From: Planctomycetota bacterium
GTDB taxonomy: Bacteria > Planctomycetota > SZUA-567 > H5-PLA8
NCBI GenBank assembly: GCA_038227875.1
Contig: JBBRPR010000023.1
Coordinates: forward strand, 32,001-96,000
DNA: 64,000 nt
Reading direction: 5' to 3'
The notes under the pieces are model-generated. The model did not search any database. It worked only from the letters and a program-made list of their open reading frames with translations, and was not told the origin of the DNA. Of the stretch, positions 1 to 9,426 are shown one piece after another (positions within the stretch are counted from its first letter, which is position 1; each line of letters begins with the position of its first letter). The position numbers and the translations under genes are program-made.

Positions 1-1
1 A

Positions 2-664
2 AACGCCGACGCGCACTGCGGGCTGGGCACCGTCTACCGCGGCATCGCGCGCGCGGCCGACGCCGACGTGGAATTCGCGGCGGCGCTGAAGTCGGATTCC
101 AATCATCCGGCGACACAGCTGGCGCAGGCACGCATCGCCATGGAAAACCGGAAGTTTGACGTCGCGGAGTCGCTCTGCGAGAGCGTCCTGCGCCGCCAGC
201 CGTTCGATCTGGATGCGCTCCACACCCTGACCGAGGCGCTGCTGCAGGAGAAGAAATACCCCGACGCGGTGAAGCGCCTGAGCGCCGCGGTGAAGGCCAA
301 TCCGGAAAACCTGGGCATCGTCAGCGCGCTGGCCGATGTTCACATCGACGCGCGCGAAATTCCGGAGGCCATCGCGGTGCTCCAGCCGATCGTCGATAAA
401 GGTCCGATCGACGCGGTCCGTCCACTCGCGCAGCGGCTGGCAACCTGTTACGGCCGGCAGAGCGACCATCGGCGCGCTTATGATCTGGCCGACAAACTGT
501 TGAAGAGCAAGTCCGATGATCTCGTCGCGCTGCGCATCGCGGCGAGCGCGTCCGAAGGGCTGCGCAACGGGCCGAAAGCGATCGAATTCTACAAGCAGAT
601 CGTGAAGCTGATCCCCGACGATCCAAAAGCCACGAAGGCGCTGGAACGTCTCGGCGCAAAGTAA
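2..664 (+). CDS. Tetratricopeptide repeat protein (5' truncated by the window edge)
   Basis: The frame is open from base 2 (NADAHCGLGTVYRG...) into the tracked ORF. It has repeated TPR-like helices (e.g. A...Y..A++L.P.D..A). Confidence 0.8.
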   Translation, partial: NADAHCGLGTVYRGIARAADADVEFAAALKSDSNHPATQLAQARIAMENRKFDVAESLCESVLRRQPFDLDALHTLTEALLQEKKYPDAVKRLSAAVKANPENLGIVSALADVHIDAREIPEAIAVLQPIVDKGPIDAVRPLAQRLATCYGRQSDHRRAYDLADKLLKSKSDDLVALRIAASASEGLRNGPKAIEFYKQIVKLIPDDPKATKALERLGAK

Positions 665-691
665 AGGTACTCAAACCAAGGAGAGTAGCAC

Positions 692-1207
692 ATGGCAAGC
701 AAAGGTCTGGCCGTCGTTCTGGCCGAGAACATCTATGAAAATCTGGAGCTCCATTATCCGCGGCTGCGCCTGATTGAGGCCGGCTACGACGTCAAAGTCG
801 TCGCTCCGAAAAAAGGCGCGACCTACACGTCGAAGGAAGGCTACCCCGTCGAGTCCGATCTGGCGCTCGGCGACGTCGACGTGAAGGCGATCAAGATCCT
901 GATCATCCCGGGCGGCTACGCGCCAGACAAGCTCCGCCGCTACCCGGCCTGCAATGCGCTGGTCTCCGGCGCGGTGCAGAACGGCGCGATCGTCGGCTTC
1001 ATCTGCCATGGCGGCTGGGTGCCGATCAGCGCGAAGATCGTGAAGGGCAAGCGCCTGACCAGCGTCGGCGCGATCCGCGACGATCTCGAGAACGCCGGCG
1101 GCATCTGGGTCGATGAACCCGTCGTCGTCGACGGCCGCATGGTCACCGCGCAAGTACCGAAGGACCTGCCGGCAATGATGCAGGCGATTCTGCAAATCGC
1201 CGGATAG
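692..1207 (+). CDS. PfpI/DJ-1 family (type 1 glutamine amidotransferase-like) deglycase/protease
   Basis: Motifs YENLELHYP, IIPGG, ICHG (nucleophile Cys) and VVVDG..VT. GGAG RBS upstream. Confidence 0.9.
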   Translation: MASKGLAVVLAENIYENLELHYPRLRLIEAGYDVKVVAPKKGATYTSKEGYPVESDLALGDVDVKAIKILIIPGGYAPDKLRRYPACNALVSGAVQNGAIVGFICHGGWVPISAKIVKGKRLTSVGAIRDDLENAGGIWVDEPVVVDGRMVTAQVPKDLPAMMQAILQIAG

Positions 1208-1213
1208 TAAAAC

Positions 1214-1242
1214 GCGGAGCTCCGATTTCGTCGGAGCTCCGC
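1214..1242. terminator. Hairpin between convergent genes, probable bidirectional terminator or REP-like element
   Basis: Perfect 12-bp stem GCGGAGCTCCGA-tttcg-TCGGAGCTCCGC. Confidence 0.6.
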
Positions 1243-1269
1243 ATCGAGTTCTGGGAACCAAGTCCTCCG

Positions 1270-2679
1270 CTACAGCCGTTCCGCCGCCAGTTCTGCCAGC
1301 GCGCTGCGTTCGGATTTGTGCAGCGTGATGTGACCGTAGAGCGAGGAGTTCTTCAGCCGCTCGACGCAGTACGTCAGTCCGTTGGAACTCGCGTCGAGGT
1401 ACGGGTTGTCGATCTGCTGCGGGTCGCCGGTCAGGATCATCTTGGTGCCTTCGCCAACGCGGCTGATGATCGTCTTCACTTCGTGCGGCGTCAGATTCTG
1501 CGCTTCGTCGACGATCACGAACATGTTGGCGATGCTGCGCCCGCGGATGTAAGTCAGCGCTTCCAGTTCCATCAAGTCCTGATCGAAGAGCTGTTCGCGC
1601 GTAATCGGGCTGGGCGTGCTGCGGCCGTGCAGGAGGTACTTCAAGTTGTCGAAGATCGGGCCCATCCAGGCCGTCAGCTTTTCGTCCTTGCTGCCGGGAA
1701 GGTAACCGATGTCACGGCCCAGCGGCATGATCGGCCGGGAGACGAGCATCTTCTCGTAGCGTTTGTCACGGACGACGCGGTGCAGGCCGGCGGCAATGGC
1801 CAGCAGTGTTTTGCCGGTGCCGGCGCGGCCGACGAGCGTGACGAGCTGGACCTGGTCATCCATCAAAAGTTCAAACGCCATGCGTTGCGTCGCGCTGCGC
1901 GGTGCGATATTCCAGGCGCGGTCGTACTCGGGCGTGAGCGGGATCAGTTCGTTGCCGACCAGATCGGTGCGGGCCAGCGCCGTGTGCTTGGCGTTGGTCT
2001 CGTCCTTCAACAGCACGAACTCGTTGGGCGCCAGCGGCGAACCGGGAATCTTGGCAGGGAGGGGGATCGACTTGTTGTTGTAGAATTTATTGACGTCGGC
2101 AGCCGCAACCTGAACTTCGCGCCAGCCTTGATAGAGGCTGTCGAAGTCGACCTTCTGCTGCTCGAAGTCCATCACGCGCAGACCCAGGGCGTCGGCCTTG
2201 ACGCGCGCGTTGATATCCTTGGAGACGAAGATGACGCGCTGGCCCTTGCGCAGCAGCGAGAGCGCCACGGAGATGATCTGGTTGTCGGCCGCGTCGGGTT
2301 TCAGGCCGGCCATCACCAGGTGTTCGCGGACTTCCTGCTGGAGGACGACCTGGAGCACGCCACCGTTTTCCATCGGCACGCCGTCGCCGAGTGAACCGGC
2401 TTCGCGGTGGCGGTCGATGGTGCGGATGGCCTCGCGGGCATTGCGGCCGAGTTCGTCGTTGCTGCGCTTGAAGCGATCGAGTTCCTCGATCACCGCCAGC
2501 GCCAGGACGACGCGGTTGTCCTTGAACGAGAACAATGACGTGGGGTTGTGCAAGAGGACGTTGGTGTCGAGAACAAACGTCTTGATGCCGTCGCCTTGAT
2601 CACTGAGTACGAATTGATCGGCGCTTGGAGCCTTCATCGATGAATTGGAACGACCTGCCGGAGCTGCCTCGTTGGGCAT
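1270..2679 (-). CDS. PhoH family protein with N-terminal PIN domain (PIN-PhoH/PhoH2 type)
   Basis: PIN motifs VLDTNVLL, EELD, DNQI and SKDINAR. Walker A GRAGTGKT; PhoH motifs GYLPG, RGRS, DEAQN and GDPQQID. Confidence 0.92.
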   Translation of the reverse strand: MPNEAAPAGRSNSSMKAPSADQFVLSDQGDGIKTFVLDTNVLLHNPTSLFSFKDNRVVLALAVIEELDRFKRSNDELGRNAREAIRTIDRHREAGSLGDGVPMENGGVLQVVLQQEVREHLVMAGLKPDAADNQIISVALSLLRKGQRVIFVSKDINARVKADALGLRVMDFEQQKVDFDSLYQGWREVQVAAADVNKFYNNKSIPLPAKIPGSPLAPNEFVLLKDETNAKHTALARTDLVGNELIPLTPEYDRAWNIAPRSATQRMAFELLMDDQVQLVTLVGRAGTGKTLLAIAAGLHRVVRDKRYEKMLVSRPIMPLGRDIGYLPGSKDEKLTAWMGPIFDNLKYLLHGRSTPSPITREQLFDQDLMELEALTYIRGRSIANMFVIVDEAQNLTPHEVKTIISRVGEGTKMILTGDPQQIDNPYLDASSNGLTYCVERLKNSSLYGHITLHKSERSALAELAAERL

Positions 2680-2850
2680 TCAGAACCTCCAAGCTCCCCC
2701 ATTCACTGCAGTACTTCAAGAACCACGATGGACCTGTTCTACCGAAAGCGCTCCGACTATCCACTAACTCTCGGCAACTCTCTTGGAATCTTTATGATCA
2801 TGAGCAATTTATTTTCAGAACACTTCGACTTCGCTGCCTCTCCAACCGTG

Positions 2851-4047
2851 TCAAGAGGGAGAAGAGACGCGCGGCCACTGGCCGCTCATCGAGACTTCGC
2901 TGTAGCGCTTGAGCATCACTGTGCCCAGGCGGCCGGCGGGTTCGAAGCCGGTGGCGACAGAGTACTTCAACGCCGCCAGCCGCGGGAATTTCTGGATCAT
3001 GGGCAGTCCGGCGTCGCCGTCCTTCAAGGCCAAGCGGACGGTTCCACAGAGCGTCCCGGCCGCCAACGCAACGCCGAGCACGGGCGAAACCGAGAGCATG
3101 TCGCCGGTGAAGAGCTTGGTGCAGACGGCGGCCATGTCCGTGGTGCGCAGCAGGTGGACGCGCTCGTTGCCGGGAAGCAGGTTCGGGCCGGAAACGAAGT
3201 TGACCGTCTCTTCCGGGCTCGTGCCGACGCTGATGGGATCGCCGGGGTCCTGGATGTCGAGCGGGAAGAAATTGATGCCTTCAATTTCCGCATAAATACG
3301 TGCGTGGCGCGCCCGAGCGGACTGGTCGCTCTCCAGCATCAGCATCGCCGCGCCTTCGCCGGGAATCGTGCCGTTGTCCCATTTTCCCGTGAGACTGAGT
3401 TGATGCGTAGCCAGCAGGTGCCGGTGCGCGGCGGGCACCAGGCTTTCGCTGGCGCCGGCGAGCATGAAACGCGCGGAGCCCGATGCAATCTGGTCGGCGG
3501 CGAACATCACCGCTTCCAGTCCCGCCAGCTTTTCGCCGGAGAACGTGGCCGCGGCGCCGTGCAGTCCATACTCGATGCACATCAGCGAGGACGGGCTGTT
3601 GGCGTAGCCGTGGGTGAAGGGCAACGGCGGAGCGAATTTCGGGTTCGACGACTTTACCTTGTTCCAGAAAATGCCCATCGCTTCAAGGCAGCCGAGCGTC
3701 GAACCATACGCGCAGCCGATTTCGTTACTTTCGCCGGCCGGGCGTGCTTCACGTTCGAGCAGCTTGGCGTCGGCGAGCGCGTGCTTGGCCGCGACGAGCG
3801 CCAAGGCGCTGGTCCGGTCGACGAAGCTCTTGACGTTGGGCAATTCCTGTTCGAGGTTGACGTCGAGCGCTTCGTAGCCCCAGGTCGGCTGGCCTTCGGA
3901 GATTTCGAAGCCGGTGATTTCCGGCGGTGTGGCCGGTGGAGCGGAAATGCGGCCGGCCAGCGCGTCACTGAGAATCGGCGACGCGACGTACCCGATGCCG
4001 GTGATGACCACTCGATTCGTTGGCGTAGCGATAAGGCTGATCCTCAC
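2851..4047 (-). CDS. Beta-ketoacyl synthase-like protein lacking the catalytic Cys (chain-length-factor-like); start uncertain, GTG 4047 chosen, ORF open to 4113
   Basis: KS motifs RVVITGIG, DR.S.LAL.AA..AL.DA, N.PSS...I.YG.HG and PGEGAA.L.LE. The TAC position reads GEK. Confidence 0.75.
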   Translation of the reverse strand: MRISLIATPTNRVVITGIGYVASPILSDALAGRISAPPATPPEITGFEISEGQPTWGYEALDVNLEQELPNVKSFVDRTSALALVAAKHALADAKLLEREARPAGESNEIGCAYGSTLGCLEAMGIFWNKVKSSNPKFAPPLPFTHGYANSPSSLMCIEYGLHGAAATFSGEKLAGLEAVMFAADQIASGSARFMLAGASESLVPAAHRHLLATHQLSLTGKWDNGTIPGEGAAMLMLESDQSARARHARIYAEIEGINFFPLDIQDPGDPISVGTSPEETVNFVSGPNLLPGNERVHLLRTTDMAAVCTKLFTGDMLSVSPVLGVALAAGTLCGTVRLALKDGDAGLPMIQKFPRLAALKYSVATGFEPAGRLGTVMLKRYSEVSMSGQWPRVSSPS

Positions 4048-4173
4048 GCTGTCATGAACATCATGAGCGGAACGATAGTAACACGGACGGCCGAAATTTT
4101 CCGCACCAAACATTTCGCGGCCGGTGCGATTTTGACGGCGGCTGTGTACTTCACCGCAGCTTCACGAATCGAC

Positions 4174-5526
4174 TTACTTGAAGAGGTTCTTAAAGAATGC
4201 GCCGATCTTTCCAAAGAACGACGCCGGCGGCGCGGGTTCCTCGGGTTGCGTGGAGACGAAGGCCGACGTCTTCGGCCGTGGCGCGTACGATTTGGATTGT
4301 GGCCGGGCCGATTCCGGTTGCGTGGGCGCGGCCGCGGCGCTGGGCGGGCGGGCTCCCGACGGCGGGGGCGGCACCCAGAATTCGCTGCGCCGGTCGTTGA
4401 GTTCCGCGTCCGTCGACGCGACTTGCGCGACCGGGCGTACGTCGGCGTAGGGTTCCGGCAGCGTCGGCAGAATCTGGTCGATCTCCGCGATCAGTTCTTC
4501 GAACGACTGCTGGCGGTCTTCGGGGTTGATCGACATCATGCGCAGGACCAGCAATGCGGAGCCTTCGCTGATCTCCGGCAGGATGTCGCGCGGGTCGGGG
4601 CGGGGGGCCTGCGCCTGGCGGAACATGACTTCGGTGAACTCTTCGTGAAAGAACGGCACCGAACCAGTGAGCATGTGAAAGACCGTGCAGCCCAGCGAAT
4701 ACAGATCGGTACGCGAATCCAAGTCGCGGGTGCCGCGCGCCTGTTCGGGCGAGATGTAAAACGGCGTGCCGACCGTCGTGCCTTCCAGCGTCAGGCCGCT
4801 GGTGTCGTTGTCGGCTTTGGAGAGGCCCATGTCGATGATCTTGATGCGGCCGTCGTCGCTGCACAGAATGTTGTCGGGCTTGATGTCGCGGTGCACGACG
4901 CCATTGGCCGCGGCGAAGGCCAGCCCCTTGGCCACTTCGCGGGCCGTGCGCCAGGCGACCTTCTCAGGCAGGTTGCCTTCGCGCTCCAGACGTTCGCCCA
5001 GTGACATGCCTTCGATGAATTCAATCGCCATCAGCGGGTTACCGTCGACTTCACCGGCGCCGTAGACGGTGGCGATGTTGGGATGGTTGAGCTTGCCGGC
5101 GAGAATGATTTCGCGGCGGAAACGTTCGGCCCACTGCGGATCGCTGGTCATGCTGCGCGGCAGCACTTTCAGGACCACGATGCGATTCATGATCGTGTCG
5201 CGGGCTTTGAAGACGCGCGCACGGTCTTTCTCCGAGAGCACGCGCAGGATTTCGTACTGGCCGAATTTCTTTGTCGCTTTTTCCGGAGCGGGCGCCGGCT
5301 TGGCTTCCTCGCGCTGCGTCAATTCCTGGCGCAGGCTCTTGAGCTGCGGCAACGTGATGTATTTTCGTTCCAGCAGTGTCTGTCCGACCGGCAACGAAAT
5401 ACCGGCGCGGCGCATCTGCTTCTGCAACGAGCTGACCGACTCGACCTGTTCGGGCGTGAGCATGCCCATCTTCACGCCCAGTTCGAGCATGTTGGCAGTA
5501 TCGCCTACTTCTTTCTTATCCGACAT
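4174..5526 (-). CDS. Hanks-type Ser/Thr protein kinase (cytoplasmic, no TM segment seen)
   Basis: Motifs VVLK, RFRRE, HPNI, HRDIKPDN, DMG, GTPFYISPEQ and DLYSLG. Pro-rich C-terminal tail. Confidence 0.92.
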   Translation of the reverse strand: MSDKKEVGDTANMLELGVKMGMLTPEQVESVSSLQKQMRRAGISLPVGQTLLERKYITLPQLKSLRQELTQREEAKPAPAPEKATKKFGQYEILRVLSEKDRARVFKARDTIMNRIVVLKVLPRSMTSDPQWAERFRREIILAGKLNHPNIATVYGAGEVDGNPLMAIEFIEGMSLGERLEREGNLPEKVAWRTAREVAKGLAFAAANGVVHRDIKPDNILCSDDGRIKIIDMGLSKADNDTSGLTLEGTTVGTPFYISPEQARGTRDLDSRTDLYSLGCTVFHMLTGSVPFFHEEFTEVMFRQAQAPRPDPRDILPEISEGSALLVLRMMSINPEDRQQSFEELIAEIDQILPTLPEPYADVRPVAQVASTDAELNDRRSEFWVPPPPSGARPPSAAAAPTQPESARPQSKSYAPRPKTSAFVSTQPEEPAPPASFFGKIGAFFKNLFK

Positions 5527-5533
5527 GTTGTGC

Positions 5534-6106
5534 TCAGACGTGAATCGTCCGATCCTCAGTCAGTATGCAGTTCACCGATATATCGTATGCGTCAATCAGT
5601 ATAGCATCCACGATTTGGCATTCAAAGGCCAGCGCGCAAACTGGCGCATGAATTTCAGGCCTGGCCAGGAAGCGATCGTAGTAGCCAGCGCCCCTTCCCA
5701 GGCGGTTGCCTTGCAGGTCAAAGCCCAGACCGGGAACAATGAGCAGGTCAATGTGCTCAACCGAAATAACTGGAAGCCCCGTACGGGGTTCGCGAAACCC
5801 CAGAGGATTTGACTCCAGGTCATGCTGCAGCTCAGTCACGGCGTGCAGGGTCATGCTTAAATCACGCGGATCAATTCTGGGCAGCCCCAGTTGCTTCCCA
5901 TCCTTCAGGATGACGGCGAGAAGCTCGGGGGTTGGAAATTCGATTCCGAAAGAAAAGTACGCCGCGACGGCCTTTGCGTTGGCGTACATCGGTTCGGCCA
6001 GCAGCCGCGCGAGTGCCCGTCGGCTGAAGGCCTCGCGATCGGCCGCGGACAATGCTTTCAGTTTTCGAGAGACATCGCGGCGCTGGACGCTTTTGGAATC
6101 TGCCAT
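5534..6106 (-). CDS. 5-formyltetrahydrofolate cyclo-ligase
   Basis: Signature IDLLIVPGLGFD..GNRLGRGAGYYDRFL; C-terminal D...D/N.ILTE. Confidence 0.93.
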   Translation of the reverse strand: MADSKSVQRRDVSRKLKALSAADREAFSRRALARLLAEPMYANAKAVAAYFSFGIEFPTPELLAVILKDGKQLGLPRIDPRDLSMTLHAVTELQHDLESNPLGFREPRTGLPVISVEHIDLLIVPGLGFDLQGNRLGRGAGYYDRFLARPEIHAPVCALAFECQIVDAILIDAYDISVNCILTEDRTIHV

Positions 6107-6128
6107 GGCAGCTCCGCAGAATACTTTT

Positions 6129-8300
6129 TTAAACGCGCAGCGTGGCCTTGAACTGCTCCAGAATCGCGTGCTGGAATTTGGTGTGAGCCACTTCGACTTC
6201 GTCGTCGGTCAAGGTGCGGTTGGCCGCGCGGTACTGGATCGAGAACGCGACCGACTTCTTCCCTGCGCCGATTTTGTCGCCGCGGAAGACGGAGAGGAAC
6301 TTCGGCGCTTCGTTGGGATCGCGGAGCGGCTCGTGCTTCTGCCAGGTGTGTGCGAACGCTGCGACATCCTGCCATGCCACCGATTCGTCGAGCACCAGCG
6401 CGATGTCGCGGACGATTTCCGGGTACGCGGGCAGCGGACTGTAGCGCCGCGGCGCGGAGGGCAGTTGCGCCAGCGCGCGCAGATCGAGCTCCGCGTACGC
6501 GACGGGCTTGCGCAGTGCGAACGCATCCTGCAGCGCAGTGGAGACCAGGCCGATCCAGCCGATGGCGTCTTCGGCGCGCTCGTCGCCGACCATTTCGCGC
6601 ACGCGCAGAATCTTGCAGGCGTAGCCGGCCTTCAGGAACGACGGTGCTGCGACGACCGGATGCAGTTTGATGTGCGCACCGTCAAGCTCCAAGCCTTCGG
6701 TGAAGCGCTGCAGTGTGTCGGCGAGCGCCTGAAAGCCGCGGTCGTCGAGCAGACCCAGCGCCAGCTTCTCGTCTGGACGCGTGTCCTCACCGGCGATGTA
6801 GACGCGCCCAATTTCGAAGACGCGCACTTCGCCGGTGCGTTGGTTCTGGTTGTGTGCGCGGACGGACAGCAGCGAGGGCAGCAGCGCGTTGCGCAGCGCC
6901 GAATGGTCTTCGCGCAGGACGCTGGCTCGGTCGAGCAACAAGGGCTTGTCGTTCGTCCAGACGCCGCCGGCGTTGGGCCATTTCGGATCGATCAGGCTGT
7001 CGGACGTGACTTCGAAATACCCCAGCGCGGTCAACTGCGTGCGCAGGGTCGAGGAGACGGTTTCGATCGACGACCGGACGGGCACGCGGGCGCTCATCGA
7101 GGTCATCGCGGGAACGTGGTTGTAGCCGTGCAGTCGCGCGACTTCTTCGATCAGATCGATTTCGCGTTCGAGATCGCCGCGCCGCCACGAGGGGATGCGG
7201 ACATGAACGTCATGGGCGCCTTCGGCGACGATGGTGCAACCGATCGAGCCGAGAATGTTCATCGTGGTCTGCTTGGGAATCGGTGCGCCGAAGACGCGCT
7301 GCAATTCAGTCAGGCGCAGCAGGACGGTTTTGCGTGCGCGGGGCGCGGGCCAGACGTCGATCACTCCCGGAGCGACCGTGCCGCCGGCGATCTGGACGAT
7401 CAGCCGCGCCGCGCGGGCGGAAGCGTTCTCGACGTTCTCGACATCGACGCCGCGTTCGAAACGGTAGCTGGAATCGGTGCCTTTGCCTTCCATCACTTTC
7501 AAGCGGCGGACCGTGCGGCGCGTGTTGGCCGGATCGAAGTACGCCGCTTCGAGCAGAATGTCGACGGTGTCCGGCATCACTTCCGAACCCTTGCCGCCGA
7601 GCACTCCGGCGACCGCGCGCGGGCGTTCGGCGTCGGCGATGACCAGCGTCTCGGAGGTCAGCGCGGGAATTTCGCCGTACAGCGGCGTGAACGCTTCCTT
7701 GTCCTGCGCGCGGCGCACGATGATCTTCTGGCCGCTGAGGCCCTTCAAATCGAACGCGTGAAGCGGCTGATTGAGCTCGAAGCAGATGAAGTTCGTGACG
7801 TCGACGATGTTGTTGCGCGGCTGCAGTCCGATCCACTTCAGCCGTTCCTGGAGCCACTCCGGCGACGGCCCGACTTTCACGCCGCGGATCACGCGGGCCG
7901 TGTAGCGCGGGCAGAGTTTCGGTTCGAGCACTTCGACAGCGGCCTGCTTGCTGGCCAGATCTCCGGTTTCGAACTCGGCGCAGTCGGCGGGCGGGACTTT
8001 GACTTCCACCTGCATAATCGAAGCGACTTCGCGCGCCAGCCCGAGGATGCATTGGCCGTCGGGCCGGTTGGAGAGGACGTCGAGTTCCAGCACCGCGCTG
8101 AGGCCCGAACCGTGGACGCCGTCGCAGGCGAATCCGGCAAAGGTCATCAGGCGACCGAGGGTCTGTGCGGTGTCGGCGGCCGGTTCGATCTCCCAGCGCA
8201 AACACGCTTCCGCCAGCGCGTGCTCCCACTCCGCGGCGTGTTCAGCGCCCTGCAGGTGCTCGGGAAGATAGTCCATCAGCCATGCGATCGGAAGCTTCAT
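6129..8300 (-). CDS. pheT: Phenylalanine--tRNA ligase beta subunit (lacks the B2 OB-fold)
   Basis: Motifs NRPD, SPEWL, NNIVDVTN, QPLHAFD, LLEAAYF, RFERGVD and DLIEEVAR; FDX-ACB C-terminus (RDIA, GKKSVAF, RTLTD). Follows pheS. Confidence 0.97.
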   Translation of the reverse strand: MKLPIAWLMDYLPEHLQGAEHAAEWEHALAEACLRWEIEPAADTAQTLGRLMTFAGFACDGVHGSGLSAVLELDVLSNRPDGQCILGLAREVASIMQVEVKVPPADCAEFETGDLASKQAAVEVLEPKLCPRYTARVIRGVKVGPSPEWLQERLKWIGLQPRNNIVDVTNFICFELNQPLHAFDLKGLSGQKIIVRRAQDKEAFTPLYGEIPALTSETLVIADAERPRAVAGVLGGKGSEVMPDTVDILLEAAYFDPANTRRTVRRLKVMEGKGTDSSYRFERGVDVENVENASARAARLIVQIAGGTVAPGVIDVWPAPRARKTVLLRLTELQRVFGAPIPKQTTMNILGSIGCTIVAEGAHDVHVRIPSWRRGDLEREIDLIEEVARLHGYNHVPAMTSMSARVPVRSSIETVSSTLRTQLTALGYFEVTSDSLIDPKWPNAGGVWTNDKPLLLDRASVLREDHSALRNALLPSLLSVRAHNQNQRTGEVRVFEIGRVYIAGEDTRPDEKLALGLLDDRGFQALADTLQRFTEGLELDGAHIKLHPVVAAPSFLKAGYACKILRVREMVGDERAEDAIGWIGLVSTALQDAFALRKPVAYAELDLRALAQLPSAPRRYSPLPAYPEIVRDIALVLDESVAWQDVAAFAHTWQKHEPLRDPNEAPKFLSVFRGDKIGAGKKSVAFSIQYRAANRTLTDDEVEVAHTKFQHAILEQFKATLRV

Positions 8301-8312
8301 GCGACCCCTTAC

Positions 8313-9368
8313 TTAAATTTGCTTCAAGAAGCGCAGATCGTTTTCCAGGAAGCGGCGAATGTCGGTGATGCCGTGGCGCCGCATCGCCAGCCGTTCGATA
8401 CCAAAGCCGAACGCAAAGCCGGACCAGACTGTCGGATCGTAAGCGTTGTCGCCGCGCGCGTGATTGATCGCCTGGAAGACCGCCGGATCGACCATGCCGC
8501 AGCCGCCGAGTTCCACCCAGCCGGATTGCTTGCAGACCGGACAGCCCGGACAGCCCGGACCGCCGCAGGCCGGGCAGGTGCAATCGACTTCCGCGCTGGG
8601 TTCCGTGAACGGAAAGAAGCTCGGCCGGAAGCGCACCTGCGTGCCTTCGCCGAACAAGCCTTCGACGAACAGGGCGAGCGTGCCTTTCAGGTCGGCCATC
8701 GAGACGTTCTTGTCGACGTAGAGTCCTTCGACCTGGTGGAAGGTGCTGTGATGCGTGGCGTCGATCGGATCGGGGCGGTAGACGCGGCCGGGCGCAACGA
8801 CGCGCAGCGGCGGCAGGCGCGTTTCCATCATGCGCACCTGCACCGTCGAGGTCTGGCTGCGCAGCAGGGCCTGCTGATTTCCGTGAAGGAAAAACGTGTC
8901 GAAGCCGTCGCGCGCCGGATGATCGGGCGGAATATTCAAGTCGTCGAAGTTGTGGCGCGGGTCTTCGACTTCCGGACCTTCCACGACTTCAAAACCGAGC
9001 GCGCGGAGAATGTCGACGAGCGTGTCGGTGGTGCGCGTGAGCGGATGGCGCTTGCCGGTGACCGGCCGCGCTTCCTGTGGCAGCGGTTCGCTGACATCGA
9101 AGGCCGGTCCGGCGACGGGCTTGCCGGTGGCGCTCTGCGCTTTTTCGAAGGCGGCTTCGAGTTCGTTCTTGATCTGATTGGCGAGCTTGCCGGCCTGGGG
9201 TTTGATGTCCGGCGGCGCTTTGCCGACGAGGCCCATCAGCGCCTTGACGCGCCCCTTGGTGCCGAGAAACGCAATGCGCGCCGCCTCAAGCGACTTGGCA
9301 TCGCTGGCGGAACTGAATGCGGAGAGTGCTTCCGCGCGAAGAGCTTCGAGGTCGTCGATGAGCGACAT
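8313..9368 (-). CDS. pheS: Phenylalanine--tRNA ligase alpha subunit
   Basis: Motifs HPAR..DTF, LRSQTS, FHQVEG, RFRPSFFPFTEPSAE, GFAFGFGIERLAM and NDLRFL. Confidence 0.98.
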   Translation of the reverse strand: MSLIDDLEALRAEALSAFSSASDAKSLEAARIAFLGTKGRVKALMGLVGKAPPDIKPQAGKLANQIKNELEAAFEKAQSATGKPVAGPAFDVSEPLPQEARPVTGKRHPLTRTTDTLVDILRALGFEVVEGPEVEDPRHNFDDLNIPPDHPARDGFDTFFLHGNQQALLRSQTSTVQVRMMETRLPPLRVVAPGRVYRPDPIDATHHSTFHQVEGLYVDKNVSMADLKGTLALFVEGLFGEGTQVRFRPSFFPFTEPSAEVDCTCPACGGPGCPGCPVCKQSGWVELGGCGMVDPAVFQAINHARGDNAYDPTVWSGFAFGFGIERLAMRRHGITDIRRFLENDLRFLKQI

Positions 9369-9426
9369 AAAAAAATTCTACCACGGAATGCGGGGTTTAG
9401 CCCGCACTCCGCGGTGAAAAAGTAAT

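Noticed and set aside
1270..2850. PIN-PhoH as a toxin-antitoxin module
   Set aside because: No credible small antitoxin ORF lies upstream, and PIN-PhoH proteins are widespread housekeeping-type genes.
6107..6128. 6S RNA (ssrS), often found directly upstream of 5-formyl-THF cyclo-ligase
   Set aside because: Only 22 bp separate pheT from the cyclo-ligase gene, leaving no room.
5706..9425. 1239-aa plus-strand ORF, and similar long ORFs at 2728-5004, 28938-31025, 37755-39554, 23487-24944 and 18095-19399
   Set aside because: These are antisense shadows of well-supported genes (pheS/pheT, kinase, etc.). They are expected in high-GC DNA with strong codon bias and show no recognisable motifs.
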